Shown here: piece after piece, positions 10,965 through 21,655 of the stretch
Numbering within the stretch: position 1 is the first letter of the stretch
Layout of the letters: each line of letters opens with the position of its first letter
Source of the DNA: Thermomonas sp.
GTDB lineage: Bacteria; Pseudomonadota; Gammaproteobacteria; Xanthomonadales; Xanthomonadaceae
DNA: 64,000 nt
Assembly (NCBI RefSeq): GCF_025993755.1
Contig: NZ_JAMQHN010000136.1
Span: 1,823 to 65,822, forward strand
Direction: 5' to 3'
Notes under the pieces: model-generated
What the model saw: only the letters and a program-made list of their open reading frames with translations
Told to the model about the DNA's origin: nothing
The model's database searches: none
Made by a program: the position numbers and the translations under genes

Positions 10965-11063
10965 CCCTCCCCTTCAAGGGGAGGGTTGGGTGGGGATGGT
11001 GTGAGGGAATGCTGCCGGGAGCAACCCCATCCCCATCCCGGCCTTCCCCTTGAAGGGGAAGGG
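10965..11063. repeat. REP-like inverted doublet (CCCTCCCCTTCAAGGGGAGGG family)
   Basis: CCCTCCCCTTCAAGGGGAGGGTTGGGTGGGGATGG (10965-10999) is answered by the inverted CCATCCCCATCCCGGCCTTCCCCTTGAAGGGGAAGGG (11027-11063); each arm is itself palindromic. Confidence 0.85.
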
Positions 11064-11090
11064 GAAAAGTGGGCCGCCTGCAACGGGGCG

Positions 11091-12755
11091 CTATTTCAAC
11101 GCCTTGAACCGCAGCCGCTTCGGTGCGGCGTCATCGCCCATGCGGCGCTTCTTGTCTTCCTCGTACTCGCGGTAGTTGCCCTGGAAGAACTCCACATGCG
11201 AGTCGCCCTCGAAGGCGAGGATGTGGGTGGCGATACGGTCGAGGAACCAGCGATCGTGGCTGATCACGAAGGTGTTGCCGGGAAACTCCAGCAGTGCGTC
11301 TTCCAGCGCGCGCAGGGTTTCGATGTCGAGGTCGTTCGACGGTTCGTCCAGCAGCAGCACGTTGCCGCCCTGCAGCAGGGTCTTGGCCATGTGCAGGCGG
11401 CCGCGTTCACCGCCGGAGAGGCTGCCGACCAGCTTCTGCTGGTCCTGGCCCTTGAAGTTGAAGCGACCGATGTAGGCCCGCGACTGGATCTCGACGCCGT
11501 TGATGTTGAGGATGTCCAGCCCGCCGGAGACTTCCTGGAACACGTTGTTGTTCGGGTTGAGCGCGCCGCGGCTCTGGTCGACGTAGGCCAGGTTGACGGT
11601 CGGGCCGATGTTGATCGAACCCGAATCCGGCTTCTCCTGTCCGGTGATCATCTTGAACAACGTGGACTTGCCGGCACCGTTGGGGCCGATGATGCCGACG
11701 ATGGCGCCCGGCGGCACGATCATCGACAGATCATCGATCAGCAGGCGGTCGCCGAAGCTCTTGCTGACGTTCTTGAATTCGATCACCGAATTGCCCAGGC
11801 GCTCGCCCGGCGGGATGAAGATTTCGTTGGTCTCGTTGCGCTTCTGGTAATCGACCGACTGCAGTTCCTCCAGCCGCGCCAGCCGCGCCTTGCCCTTGCT
11901 GCGGCCGCCCTTGGCGTTCTGGCGGGCCCATTCCAGTTCCTTCTGGATGGCCTTCTGGCGCGCCTTTTCCTGGTTCTCTTCCTGCTTCAGGCGCTCGTCC
12001 TTCTGCATCAGCCAGTCGGTGTAATTGCCCTTCCACGGGATGCCGCGGCCGCGGTCCAGTTCCAGAATCCACTCGGCGGCGTTGTCGAGGAAGTAACGAT
12101 CGTGGGTCACCGCCACCACGGTGCCGGTGTAGCGGTGCAGGAACTGCTCCAGCCATTCCACCGACTCGGCGTCGAGGTGGTTGGTCGGCTCGTCCAGCAG
12201 CAGCATGTCGGGCTTTTGCAGCAGCAGGCGGCACAGCGCCACGCGGCGCTTCTCGCCGCCCGAGAGCTTGCCGATGACGGCATCCCACGGTGGCAGCCGC
12301 AGCGCGTCGGCGGCCACTTCCAGCTGGTTCTCCAGCGTGTGCGCGTCGCCGGCGGCGAGGATGGCTTCCAGACGCTCCTGCTCCTTCGCCAGCGCGTCGA
12401 AATCCGCGCCTTCCTCGGCGTAGGCGGCGTACACCGCGTCCAGCGCGGCCTGCGCCTGCAGCACTTCACCCACGCCTTCCTCCACCGCCTGACGCACGGT
12501 GTGTTCCGGATTCAGTTCGGGCTCCTGCGCCAGATAGCCGACCTTGATGCCGGGCTGCGGGCGCGCCTCGCCGTCGAAGTCCTTGTCCACGCCGGCCATG
12601 ATCTTGAGCACGGTGGACTTGCCGGCGCCGTTCAGGCCCAGCAGGCCGATCTTGGCGCCGGGGAAGAACGACAGCGAGATGTCCTTGATGATCTGCCGCT
12701 TTGGCGGGACCACCTTGGACACGCGGTTCATGGTGTAGATGTATTGCGAAGACAT
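11091..12755 (-). CDS. ettA: Energy-dependent translational throttle ABC-F protein EttA
   Basis: [14 protein letters not shown]; two ABC cassettes ([21 protein letters not shown]); [15 protein letters not shown] linker. Confidence 0.97.
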   Translation of the reverse strand: MSSQYIYTMNRVSKVVPPKRQIIKDISLSFFPGAKIGLLGLNGAGKSTVLKIMAGVDKDFDGEARPQPGIKVGYLAQEPELNPEHTVRQAVEEGVGEVLQAQAALDAVYAAYAEEGADFDALAKEQERLEAILAAGDAHTLENQLEVAADALRLPPWDAVIGKLSGGEKRRVALCRLLLQKPDMLLLDEPTNHLDAESVEWLEQFLHRYTGTVVAVTHDRYFLDNAAEWILELDRGRGIPWKGNYTDWLMQKDERLKQEENQEKARQKAIQKELEWARQNAKGGRSKGKARLARLEELQSVDYQKRNETNEIFIPPGERLGNSVIEFKNVSKSFGDRLLIDDLSMIVPPGAIVGIIGPNGAGKSTLFKMITGQEKPDSGSINIGPTVNLAYVDQSRGALNPNNNVFQEVSGGLDILNINGVEIQSRAYIGRFNFKGQDQQKLVGSLSGGERGRLHMAKTLLQGGNVLLLDEPSNDLDIETLRALEDALLEFPGNTFVISHDRWFLDRIATHILAFEGDSHVEFFQGNYREYEEDKKRRMGDDAAPKRLRFKALK

Positions 12756-12824
12756 GGGGATCCTGCAGGCGTCGGGCCGCGCATGCACGGAGCAGGCGCG
12801 GCATCTGGAATTGGTGGACCGCCG

Positions 12825-12830
12825 ATTATA
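12825..12830 (-). promoter_or_regulatory. -10 element upstream of ettA
   Basis: Perfect TATAAT on the minus strand ~70 nt before the ATG. Confidence 0.55.
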
Positions 12831-12857
12831 GCCGTTTGACGTGTCGGCCTTGCCGGT

Positions 12858-13871
12858 TCAGATCTGCCCGGTGCCCACTTGTACCAGCAGACTGGCCAGC
12901 GCCACCGCCGCCCACACGCCCAGCCCCAGCAGGATCGGCCGTGGTCCGGCCGCCGCCATCCGTCGCAGCTGGGCGGACAGGCCGATCGCCGTCAGCGCGG
13001 CAACGATCAGGAACTCCGCCAGGTCGTGCAGGTCCGGCAGCGCCGCCGCCGGCACCGCGCCAGCGCTGCGTGCCGCGGAGGCGGCCAGAAACCACAGGAT
13101 GAACCACGGAAACGACGGCAGCAGCCGGAAACCGCCGCCACCCTCGCGCTGGTGCCGCCAGGCCTGCCATGCGACCAGCGCCAGGCACACTGGCACGATC
13201 AGAGTGGCGCGGGTCAGCTTGATGATGGTGGCGTAGTCACCAGCCACCTGGCTGTATTGATAACCGGCGGCAACCACCGACGAGGTGTCGTTGATCGCGG
13301 TGCCCGCCCACAGGCCGAAGCCGGTATCGCTCAGTCCCAGCAGGTGGCCCAGCGTCGGGAACAGCAGGACCGCTGCCACGTTGAACAGGAAGATGGTCGA
13401 GATGGCGTAGGCGGTTTCGTGTTCTTCGGGCTTCAAGATGGGGGCCGCCGCGGCGATCGCAGAGCCGCCGCAGATCGCGGTGCCCACGCCGATCAGGGCG
13501 GTCAGCTTGCCGGACACCTTCAGCCATCGACCCATCGCCCATGCGCTGAGGAAGGCCACCCCAAGAGTGACCAGAGTGACCGCCAGCGAATGCAGGCCGG
13601 TGCGCGCCACCTGGCCCAGGTTGAGCCCGAACCCGAGCAGCACCACTGAAGCCTGCAGCACATGTTTGGCGGCGAAGGCGATGCCAGGGACGAAGCGTGG
13701 CGTCGGCGGGAAAACCGTGGTCAGGACGATGCCCAGCACGATGCCGATCACCGCGCCGCCGATCAGCGGGAATGCGCTCCCCAGTGCCATCGCGATGCCC
13801 GCCAGTGCTGCGGCCAACAGCAGCCCCGGCCAGAATCGGGCGGTGGGCGGTCGCGAGGCGGTGGTGTGCAT
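12858..13871 (-). CDS. YeiH/UPF0324 family membrane protein (putative sulfate exporter)
   Basis: [20 protein letters not shown] and [16 protein letters not shown]; many TM segments; start approximate. Confidence 0.9.
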   Translation of the reverse strand: MHTTASRPPTARFWPGLLLAAALAGIAMALGSAFPLIGGAVIGIVLGIVLTTVFPPTPRFVPGIAFAAKHVLQASVVLLGFGLNLGQVARTGLHSLAVTLVTLGVAFLSAWAMGRWLKVSGKLTALIGVGTAICGGSAIAAAAPILKPEEHETAYAISTIFLFNVAAVLLFPTLGHLLGLSDTGFGLWAGTAINDTSSVVAAGYQYSQVAGDYATIIKLTRATLIVPVCLALVAWQAWRHQREGGGGFRLLPSFPWFILWFLAASAARSAGAVPAAALPDLHDLAEFLIVAALTAIGLSAQLRRMAAAGPRPILLGLGVWAAVALASLLVQVGTGQI

Positions 13872-14019
13872 CGAAGATGGAAAGACGGTGGAAGGCGCGA
13901 GTATGCCCCGAGCCGCCCTGCGGAACATCGCCGTCACCGGGTGGCGGGCTACAATTGGCGCAGCCAAAGGCCGGGTTCCCGGCCCGTTTCTTCGTCATTT
14001 CCCCTGCCCAGGAGTTGCG

Positions 14020-15288
14020 ATGTATCCGCGAGACGCCCGCATTGAAGGCTATGACCCCGAACTGGCCCAGGCCATCGCCGACGAAAACAGGCGACAGGAG
14101 GATCACGTTGAACTGATCGCGTCGGAAAACTACGCCAGCCCGCGGGTGATGGAGGCGCAGGGCAGTCAGCTGACCAACAAGTACGCGGAAGGCTACCCGG
14201 GCAAGCGCTACTACGGCGGCTGCGAATTCGTGGACGTGGCCGAGCGGCTGGCGATCGAGCGCTGCAAGCAGCTGTTCGGCGCCGACTATGCCAACGTCCA
14301 GCCGCACTCGGGCTCGCAGGCCAACCAGGCGGTGTATTTCGCGCTGTTGCAGCCCGGCGACACCATTCTCGGCATGTCGCTGGCGCATGGCGGGCATTTG
14401 ACCCACGGGGCCAAGGTCAATGCGTCGGGCAAGCTGTTCAACGCCGTCCAGTACGGCGTGAACGACCAGGGTCTGATCGACTACGACGAAGTGGAGCGTC
14501 TGGCCCAGGAGCACAGGCCGAAGATGGTGGTGGCGGGCTTTTCCGCCTATTCGCAGGTGGTCGACTGGGCGCGTTTCCGCGCCATCGCCGACAGGGTGGG
14601 CGCCTACCTGTTCGTGGACATGGCGCACGTGGCGGGCCTGGTCGCCGCCGGGGTCTATCCCAGTCCGGTGCCGCATGCGCACGTGGTGACCTCCACCACG
14701 CACAAGACCCTGCGCGGCCCGCGCGGCGGGATCATCGTCGCCAGCCGCGCGGCGATGGGCGAGCAGGCTGAGGACATCGAGAAGAAACTGCAGTCCATCG
14801 TCTTCCCCGGCATCCAGGGCGGCCCGCTGATGCATGTGATTGCGGCCAAGGCGGTGGCGTTCAAGGAAGCCCTCGATCCTGCGTTCAAGGAGTACCAGCA
14901 GCAGGTGGTGAAGAACGCGCAGGCGATGGCGCGCACCCTGCAAGCGCGCGGCTACAAGATCGTCTCCGGGGGCACCGAGGACCACCTGATGCTGATCGAC
15001 CTGATCGGCCGCGAGGTCAGCGGCAAGCAGGCCGAGGAAGCGCTGGGCAAGGCACACATCACGGTGAACAAGAACGCGGTGCCGAACGACCCGCGCAAGC
15101 CCTTCGTCACTTCCGGCCTGCGCATCGGCACCCCGGCGGTGACGACCCGCGGCTACAGGGAGCCGGACTGCGTGGCGCTGGCCGAGTGGATCTGCGACGT
15201 GCTGGACAACCCCAATGACGAAGACGTGATCGCCGGCGTGCGCGAGAACGTCGAGAAACAGTGCCGGCAGTTCCCGGTCTACGGCTGA
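14020..15288 (+). CDS. glyA: Serine hydroxymethyltransferase
   Basis: [23 protein letters not shown] and [15 protein letters not shown] motif; AGGAG SD. Confidence 0.98.
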   Translation: MYPRDARIEGYDPELAQAIADENRRQEDHVELIASENYASPRVMEAQGSQLTNKYAEGYPGKRYYGGCEFVDVAERLAIERCKQLFGADYANVQPHSGSQANQAVYFALLQPGDTILGMSLAHGGHLTHGAKVNASGKLFNAVQYGVNDQGLIDYDEVERLAQEHRPKMVVAGFSAYSQVVDWARFRAIADRVGAYLFVDMAHVAGLVAAGVYPSPVPHAHVVTSTTHKTLRGPRGGIIVASRAAMGEQAEDIEKKLQSIVFPGIQGGPLMHVIAAKAVAFKEALDPAFKEYQQQVVKNAQAMARTLQARGYKIVSGGTEDHLMLIDLIGREVSGKQAEEALGKAHITVNKNAVPNDPRKPFVTSGLRIGTPAVTTRGYREPDCVALAEWICDVLDNPNDEDVIAGVRENVEKQCRQFPVYG

Positions 15289-15300
15289 TCCGCGCCAACG

Positions 15301-15861
15301 ATGCACTGCCCCTTCTGCCAGCACGCCGACACCCGGGTCATCGACTCGCGGGTGAGCGAGGACGGGGCGACGATCCGCCGCCGGCGCGAGTGCGAGGCCT
15401 GCGGCGAGCGGTTCTCGACACTGGAGGCGGTCGAACTCAAATTGCCGGCGATCGTCAAGTCCGACGACCGGCGCGAGGCGTTCGATGCGCGCAAGCTGCG
15501 CGTCGGCTTCGATCGCGCGCTGCAAAAGCGGCCGGTGTCGGAAGAACAGATCGAAGCGGCGGTGCGGGCCGTTGTGCACCAGTTGCGCATGACCGGTGAG
15601 CGCGAAGTTGCGGCGCGGCGCGTTGGCGAATTCGTGATGGCCGAACTGCGCAAGCTCGACCACGTCGGCTATGTGCGCTTCGCCTCGGTCTATCGCAGTT
15701 TCGAGGACGTGGCCGACTTCCGTGAAGAACTGGATCGGCTGGAACACGACTTGCCGAGCGAAGGCCAGCTGTCGCTGCTGGGTGACGGCGCCGTCAAGAG
15801 CGGATCCGATCCCCATTGGCGGCGCGCCGAGGCGAAAGCCGCAAAGGAACGGGAAAAGTGA
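15301..15861 (+). CDS. nrdR: Transcriptional repressor NrdR
   Basis: MHCPFC, IRRRREC zinc ribbon, ATP-cone and [11 protein letters not shown]. Confidence 0.97.
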   Translation: MHCPFCQHADTRVIDSRVSEDGATIRRRRECEACGERFSTLEAVELKLPAIVKSDDRREAFDARKLRVGFDRALQKRPVSEEQIEAAVRAVVHQLRMTGEREVAARRVGEFVMAELRKLDHVGYVRFASVYRSFEDVADFREELDRLEHDLPSEGQLSLLGDGAVKSGSDPHWRRAEAKAAKEREK

Positions 15862-16958
15862 CTTCAACCGACTTCACCACCATCGACCACGTGCATATGG
15901 CGCGCGCGCTGCGGTTGGCCGAACGCGGCGCCTACACCACCCGCCCGAATCCCGTGGTCGGTTGCGTGATCGCGCACGGCGATGCGGTGGTTGGCGAAGG
16001 CTGGCACCAGCGCAAGGGCGGGCCGCATGCGGAGGTGTTCGCGCTGCAGGCTGCCGGCGATCGCGCGCGCGGCGCGACGGCGTATGTCACGCTGGAACCC
16101 TGCGCGCACACCGGCAGCACCGGCCCCTGCGCCGACGCGCTGATTGCCGCCGGCGTGGCGCGCGTGGTGGCGGCGATGCGCGATCCGTTCCCGAAAGTGG
16201 ACGGGGCCGGCTTCGAGAAGCTGCGCGCGGCCGGGATCGAGGTCGCTTCCGGCCTGATGGAAGCGCAGGCGCGCGAGCTCAACAACGGATTCATCGCCCG
16301 CATGGAGCGCGGCTGGCCGTGGCTGCGGGTGAAGCTGGCGACCACGCTGGACGGACGCACCGCCACCGAATCCGGCGAGTCGCGCTGGATCAGCGGCGAA
16401 GCCGCGCGCCGCGACGTGCACCGCTGGCGCGCGCGCTGCGGCGCGCTGCTGACCGGGGCCGGCACGGTGCTGGCCGATGATCCGCACCTGACCGTGCGGC
16501 TGGGCGACGACACACCGTTCGTGCCGCCGCTGCGGGTGGTGCTCGACCCGGGCCTGGCCACCGTCGCCCGCGGCCACGTCCGCGAAGGCGATGCGCCCAC
16601 GCTCTACCTGCATGCGCCGGACGCCAAGGTGCCGCGTGGCGTGGAAATCGATCACGTCGCGGTGCCGGTCGAGAAGGGCCGTTTCGATCCGGGCGCCGTG
16701 CTGCGGCTGCTGGGTTCGCGCGAGATCAATGAAGTCCAGATGGAAGCCGGAGCGACGCTGGCTGGCGCCTTCCTCGACGCCGGACTGGTGGATGAGCTGC
16801 TGCTCTACGTCGCCCCCGTGCTGCTGGGCGCGCGCGCGCGCCCGCTGTTCGACGGGTTGCACATCGACGCGATGGCGCAGCGGCTGAAAATGCGGCGCAT
16901 CGACAGCACCATCCTCGGGGAGGATTTCCGCTTGCAGCTGCGCCCGGAACCGCGCTGA
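15858..16958 (+). CDS. ribD: Bifunctional riboflavin deaminase/reductase RibD
   Basis: PNPVVGC, HAE and TLEPC...PC deaminase motifs; LDGRTA and DDPHLTVR reductase domain. Confidence 0.96.
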   Translation: MTSTDFTTIDHVHMARALRLAERGAYTTRPNPVVGCVIAHGDAVVGEGWHQRKGGPHAEVFALQAAGDRARGATAYVTLEPCAHTGSTGPCADALIAAGVARVVAAMRDPFPKVDGAGFEKLRAAGIEVASGLMEAQARELNNGFIARMERGWPWLRVKLATTLDGRTATESGESRWISGEAARRDVHRWRARCGALLTGAGTVLADDPHLTVRLGDDTPFVPPLRVVLDPGLATVARGHVREGDAPTLYLHAPDAKVPRGVEIDHVAVPVEKGRFDPGAVLRLLGSREINEVQMEAGATLAGAFLDAGLVDELLLYVAPVLLGARARPLFDGLHIDAMAQRLKMRRIDSTILGEDFRLQLRPEPR

Positions 16959-17560
16959 TGTTTACCGGACTGGTGGATGGCATCGGCGCGCTGCGCGCGC
17001 GCGAGCCGCGCGGCGGCGACGCTCGGCTGGTCATCGCGGTCGGCGACCTGCCGTTTGCCGATGCCGCGCTGGGCGAGAGCATCGCGGTCAGCGGCTGCTG
17101 CCTGACCGTGGTCGAGTTCGATGCGGTCTCGTTTGCGGTCGATGCCTCCAACGAAACGCTGGCGTTGACCACGCTGGGGCAGCTGCCCGTCGGCGCGCCG
17201 CTGAACCTGGAACGCGCGCTGCTGCCGACCGATCGGCTCGGTGGCCATCTGGTCAGCGGACACGTCGATGGCTTGGCGACCGCGGTGCGGCGCCGGGAAG
17301 ATGCGCGCGCCGTGCGCTGGCGGTTCGAGCTCGATCGACGGCTGCTGCGCTATGTCGCGCACAAGGGCTCGATCTGCGTGGATGGCGTCAGTCTGACCGT
17401 CAATGCCGCGGACGACGCCGGGTTCGAGGTGGCGTTGATCCCGCATACCGTTGCGCACACGACCTTCCATGCCCTGCGTGAAGGGGATCGGGTGAATGTC
17501 GAAGTGGATTTGCTGGCGCGCTATGTCGAGCGGCTGCAGGCCACGAAGGGAGAGTCATGA
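16958..17560 (+). CDS. ribE: Riboflavin synthase
   Basis: MFTGLV, GESIAVSGCCLTV and LGGHLVSGHVDG. Confidence 0.96.
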   Translation: MFTGLVDGIGALRAREPRGGDARLVIAVGDLPFADAALGESIAVSGCCLTVVEFDAVSFAVDASNETLALTTLGQLPVGAPLNLERALLPTDRLGGHLVSGHVDGLATAVRRREDARAVRWRFELDRRLLRYVAHKGSICVDGVSLTVNAADDAGFEVALIPHTVAHTTFHALREGDRVNVEVDLLARYVERLQATKGES

Positions 17561-18663
17561 GTTTTGCAAGCATCCCCGAACTGCTCGATGAACTGCGCGC
17601 GGGGCGCATGGTGGTCATCGTCGACGACGAGGATCGCGAGAACGAGGGCGACCTGATCATGGCCGCCGAACTGGTCAAGCCGTCCGACATCAATTTCATG
17701 GTGACCCACGCCCGCGGGCTGGTCTGCCTGTCTCTGACCCGCGAACGTTGCGCGCAGCTGGGCCTGAACCCGATGGTGCGCGACAACACCTCGCAGCACC
17801 ACACCAATTTCACCACCAGCATCGAGGCCGCCGAAGGCGTGACGACCGGCATCAGCGCCTACGATCGCGCCCATACCGTGCGCACCGCCGTGAGGCCCGA
17901 CGCCCGGCCGTCCGACCTCAGCCAGCCCGGCCACATCTTTCCGCTGATGGCGCAGCCCGGCGGCGTATTGAGCCGCGCCGGCCATACCGAGGCGGCGGCG
18001 GATCTGGCGCGGCTGGCTGGCTTCGAGCCGGCTGGCGTGCTGGTGGAGATCCTCAACCCCGACGGCAGCATGGCGCGCCGGCCCGAGTTGGAGCTTTTTG
18101 CCCGCGAACATGGGTTGAAGATCGGCTCGATCGAAGACCTGATCCGCCACCGCCTTGAAACCGAACACACGGTGGAGCGCATCGACAGCCGCGCCATCTG
18201 CACCGATCACGGCGAATTCACCCTGCACACCTGGCGTGATCGCCTGACCCGCGGGCTGCATTACGCGCTGGCGCAGGGCGCGGTCGATGACGGCGAGCCG
18301 GTTCTGGTGCGGGTGCAGCCGCAAAATCCGCTGGCCGACGCGCTGCACTGGCGGCGCGAGGACTTCGGCCCGCTGGTGGGCGACGTGCTGGCGCTGATCG
18401 CGTCCGAGCGCCGCGGCGTGCTGGTGCTGCTGGGCGATGCGCCGGATGCCGAAGCCACCCTGGCCCGCATCCGCGAACAACCGGCGGCGCCGGCCAGCAA
18501 GGCGGGCGCACTGGCGCAGTGGCGGCGCAATGGCGCCGGCGCGCAGATCCTCGCCGACCTCGGCCTGCGCCATCTGCGCGTGCTCGGCACCCCGCGACGG
18601 CAGGTCGGCCTGGCCGGCTACGGGCTGGAAGTGGTGGAGTACGTGGTGTTGCCGGCACGGTAA
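17557..18663 (+). CDS. ribB: DHBP synthase with degenerate GTP cyclohydrolase II-like C-domain (RibBX type)
   Basis: DDEDRENEGD, PGHIFPL and RAGHTEA; C-domain has RVQPQNPLAD instead of the RVHSEC zinc motif. Confidence 0.94.
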   Translation: MSFASIPELLDELRAGRMVVIVDDEDRENEGDLIMAAELVKPSDINFMVTHARGLVCLSLTRERCAQLGLNPMVRDNTSQHHTNFTTSIEAAEGVTTGISAYDRAHTVRTAVRPDARPSDLSQPGHIFPLMAQPGGVLSRAGHTEAAADLARLAGFEPAGVLVEILNPDGSMARRPELELFAREHGLKIGSIEDLIRHRLETEHTVERIDSRAICTDHGEFTLHTWRDRLTRGLHYALAQGAVDDGEPVLVRVQPQNPLADALHWRREDFGPLVGDVLALIASERRGVLVLLGDAPDAEATLARIREQPAAPASKAGALAQWRRNGAGAQILADLGLRHLRVLGTPRRQVGLAGYGLEVVEYVVLPAR

Positions 18664-18695
18664 ACTGATCAGCCCGATCTTCCCTTGTTCGAGCG

Positions 18696-19175
18696 ATGAC
18701 TCTTTACGCAGGCGAACTGCGCGTCCATCCGGATGCGCGCTTTGCGATCCTCGCCAGCCGCTGGCACCCGCGCGTCGTCGATGCGCTGGTGGATGGTGCG
18801 CTGGCGGCGCTGGTCGACAACGGAGCCGACGCGTCGAGGATAGATATTGTGCGCGTTCCGGGCGCCTGGGAACTGCCGATGGCAGCGCAGGTTCTGGCGC
18901 GGGCCGGGCGGTACGCGGCGATCATCGCGCTCGGCTGCGTGGTGCGCGGCGATACCCGCCATTACGAACAGGTTGCCGATGGCGCCGCGCAGGGGTTGAT
19001 GCGGGTGGCGCTGGATACCGGCGTGCCGGTGCTCAACGGCGTGCTGGCGGTGGAGCGCAGCGAGGACGCGCTGGCGCGTGCCGGCGGTGCGCGCGGCAAC
19101 AAGGGTGCGGATGTGGCGCTGGCGGCGATCGAAATGGTCGATCTGCAGCGCAGGCCGGTGGGCGTGTCATCATGA
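18696..19175 (+). CDS. ribH: 6,7-dimethyl-8-ribityllumazine synthase
   Basis: [20 protein letters not shown] and GNKG. Confidence 0.96.
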   Translation: MTLYAGELRVHPDARFAILASRWHPRVVDALVDGALAALVDNGADASRIDIVRVPGAWELPMAAQVLARAGRYAAIIALGCVVRGDTRHYEQVADGAAQGLMRVALDTGVPVLNGVLAVERSEDALARAGGARGNKGADVALAAIEMVDLQRRPVGVSS

Positions 19176-19215
19176 ACGCCAGGCGCGGCGCCGCTTCGGC
19201 GCAGGAGTCGAACCG

Positions 19216-19671
19216 ATGAGCAGACATCGCAAGGGCGGCATCGACCCGGTCGCGCGCTCGCGTTCGCGTCGGCGCGCCCTTCAGGCGCTGTACGCGTGGC
19301 AGGTCAGCGGCGGCGATGCGCGTTCGGTCATTGCCCAGTTCGCACACGAACAGGCGCACGAAGAAGCGGATCTGGAGTATTTCGAGGATCTCGTGCGCGG
19401 CGTCCTGCTGCACGCCGACGAGCTGGATGCGACGCTGGCGACGCACCTGGATCGGGAGATCGGCACGGTCGATCCGGTCGAACGCGCCGCGCTGCGCATC
19501 GCCGCCTACGAACTGGTCTATCGCCCGGACGTGCCCTATCGGGTGGTCATCAACGAAGCCATCGACTCCACCAAGCGCTTCGGTGCCGAGCACGGCCACA
19601 CCTACGTCAACGGCGTGCTGGACAAGGTGGCGGTCGCGCTGCGCGGACTCGAGGCGCAGCGTTCCGGCTGA
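19216..19671 (+). CDS. nusB: Transcription antitermination factor NusB
   Basis: RRRALQALYAWQ, VVINEAI and YVNGVLD; CAGGAG SD. Confidence 0.96.
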   Translation: MSRHRKGGIDPVARSRSRRRALQALYAWQVSGGDARSVIAQFAHEQAHEEADLEYFEDLVRGVLLHADELDATLATHLDREIGTVDPVERAALRIAAYELVYRPDVPYRVVINEAIDSTKRFGAEHGHTYVNGVLDKVAVALRGLEAQRSG

Positions 19672-19704
19672 GTCGCGTCGGGCCGGGGTGAGGGAAGGGC
19701 TGAC

Positions 19705-20646
19705 ATGCGCGAGTTCGATCTGATCGCCCGCATCCGCGAACGCGTAACCGCACGCGGCGACGTGCTGCTCGGCATCGGCGACGACTGCGCGCTGCTGGAA
19801 GTGCCGGTGGGCCTGCAACTGGCGATCACCTCGGACACGCTCAATGCCGGCGTGCATTTCCCGCCCGAGACCAGGCCGTTCGACATCGGCTGGAAATCGC
19901 TGGCGGTCAATTTGTCCGACCTTGCGGCGATGGGCGCGCAGCCGGCGTGGTGCACGCTGGCGCTGGCCCTGCCGGAGGCCAGCGCCGAATTTGTCGACGG
20001 GTTTCTCGACGGATTCCTCGAACTGGCGGCGCAGCATGGCGTGGCGCTGATCGGCGGCGACACCACCGCCGGCCCGCTGTCGGTCAACGTGACGGCGCAC
20101 GGCTTCATCGAGCCGGGCCAGGCCTTGCGCCGCGATGGTGCGCGGGCCGGCGACGAGGTCTGGGTCAGCGGCACGCTGGGCGATGCCGCCGGCGCACTGT
20201 CGCAGTGGCGGAGCGCAGAGAGAGTCGATCCGACGTTGCGCCTGCGTCTTGACCGTCCCGTGCCAAGAGTCGCACTGGGCCGCGCGCTGCGCGGTGTGGC
20301 GACCAGTTGCATCGATATTTCAGACGGCCTGCTGGCCGATCTTGGCCACGTTTGTCGCGCCAGCGACCTCGGGGCACGTGTGGATGCGCTGCCGACCAGC
20401 GCCGCACTGCAGGCTGCATTCGATCCCGAGCAACGACGCGCGCTACAGATGACTGGCGGCGACGATTACGAACTGTGCTTCACCGCGCCGGCAGCGTGTT
20501 GCGGTGCCGTGCTTGCGGCTGCCGAAGCAGGTGCTGTTCCGGTGACTCGAATCGGCGTCATCATGCGGGGCAAGGATGTGCAAGCGATTCGTGCCGATGG
20601 CGATTCATGGAAACCTCCGCACGCGGGGTTCGAGCATTTCGCTTGA
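19705..20646 (+). CDS. thiL: Thiamine-phosphate kinase
   Basis: MREFDLI, GIGDDCA, VNLSDLAAMGA, IDISDGL and GGDDYELCF. Confidence 0.96.
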   Translation: MREFDLIARIRERVTARGDVLLGIGDDCALLEVPVGLQLAITSDTLNAGVHFPPETRPFDIGWKSLAVNLSDLAAMGAQPAWCTLALALPEASAEFVDGFLDGFLELAAQHGVALIGGDTTAGPLSVNVTAHGFIEPGQALRRDGARAGDEVWVSGTLGDAAGALSQWRSAERVDPTLRLRLDRPVPRVALGRALRGVATSCIDISDGLLADLGHVCRASDLGARVDALPTSAALQAAFDPEQRRALQMTGGDDYELCFTAPAACCGAVLAAAEAGAVPVTRIGVIMRGKDVQAIRADGDSWKPPHAGFEHFA

Positions 20647-20689
20647 AGGCAATTCGTGTGGTGCCATTGCAGCCTTGGCTGGCGGTGAC

Positions 20690-21565
20690 TCAGGGCCTGT
20701 GGCGGGAGTCCTGAGCTTCGTGCGAAGCGGGGGGCAGGGACTCGATGATGGGTGCAATTAGCGCTGCAGGCACCACCGTCACCTTGCCGTCTCCGGCAAT
20801 GGCGGCCTGTTCCTCGATGGCCCGATCCGGAGTGACTGCGATGTTGGCCGGATACAGCGGCGCCCTGATCCGGAGATCTCTCGCGACCGGGGTGGTGCCG
20901 GTGATGTCGCGATAAAGCGCCAGCGCCAGCGCCAGCGATGCATGGATGTTCGGGTGAATTCCATCCGGCAGTGGGTTGTCGTTCGGCTGTGCTCTGCGGA
21001 CTGTATCGATGATCTCGGCGGCATTGAACAGCTGGCCATCGACCTTGCGCGCAATCATGCCCACGCTGCGCGCCGTCCGCTGGTCCCACCTGCGGTCCGG
21101 CCCCCAGGTCGAAAACAGCAGGACGCGCGCTCCCTGCGCGTGTGCCAGTTTCGCGAACGTTTCGTAGGCGCGCATGCTGGCCGCGCAGGGGGCTTTTCTG
21201 GAAGAGGATGAGCCTGCAACGCAGACCGCCAGGTTGCCGCCTTGCTCCTGCAGCAGGATTGCGTCGTAGTGACCGCGTCCCAGTTCGGCGCTTGCGAATC
21301 CATCGGACGCGCGATCGCTGAGCTTGCCGCCCGGCGCGGCGAAGGTTCGCGTCACCAACGGAGTTCCCTGCGCTTCGCCGATGGCCCGGAGCATGGCGGG
21401 CAGGTTGTTGGAGTAAATCAGTGAATTCCCGACCAGGAGGATCCGGTATTCGTGCGTCGTGGGTCCGTTGGCCGCGGCCTGTGCCTGTACTGGTGGTGGG
21501 GCAAGGGCGGTGAGCGGAAGGACGATCGCGAGAGAGGCGATTGCAAGAAACGGGTTGCGCGACAT
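20690..21565 (-). CDS. Secreted SGNH/GDSL-fold hydrolase-like protein
   Basis: Signal peptide (MSRNPFLAIASLAIVLPLTALA...), block I LLVGNSL and C-terminal DGIHP (DxxH). Confidence 0.75.
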   Translation of the reverse strand: MSRNPFLAIASLAIVLPLTALAPPPVQAQAAANGPTTHEYRILLVGNSLIYSNNLPAMLRAIGEAQGTPLVTRTFAAPGGKLSDRASDGFASAELGRGHYDAILLQEQGGNLAVCVAGSSSSRKAPCAASMRAYETFAKLAHAQGARVLLFSTWGPDRRWDQRTARSVGMIARKVDGQLFNAAEIIDTVRRAQPNDNPLPDGIHPNIHASLALALALYRDITGTTPVARDLRIRAPLYPANIAVTPDRAIEEQAAIAGDGKVTVVPAALIAPIIESLPPASHEAQDSRHRP

Positions 21566-21655
21566 TGGGGCGACTCCGGCGAAGGGAAACGGGATGGCAA
21601 GTGACAAATGGACCGATGGCAAGTGCGGCGACTGGAACCTGAGCCGGAACCGGTT

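Noticed and set aside
13872..14019. ZMP/ZTP or glycine riboswitch upstream of glyA
   Set aside because: No GACTGGCG...GCCTGGG core or glycine aptamer motifs visible; only a short hairpin after the -10.
18150..18663. Dead GTP cyclohydrolase II domain as a pseudogene sign
   Set aside because: Matches the known RibBX architecture; the ORF is intact.
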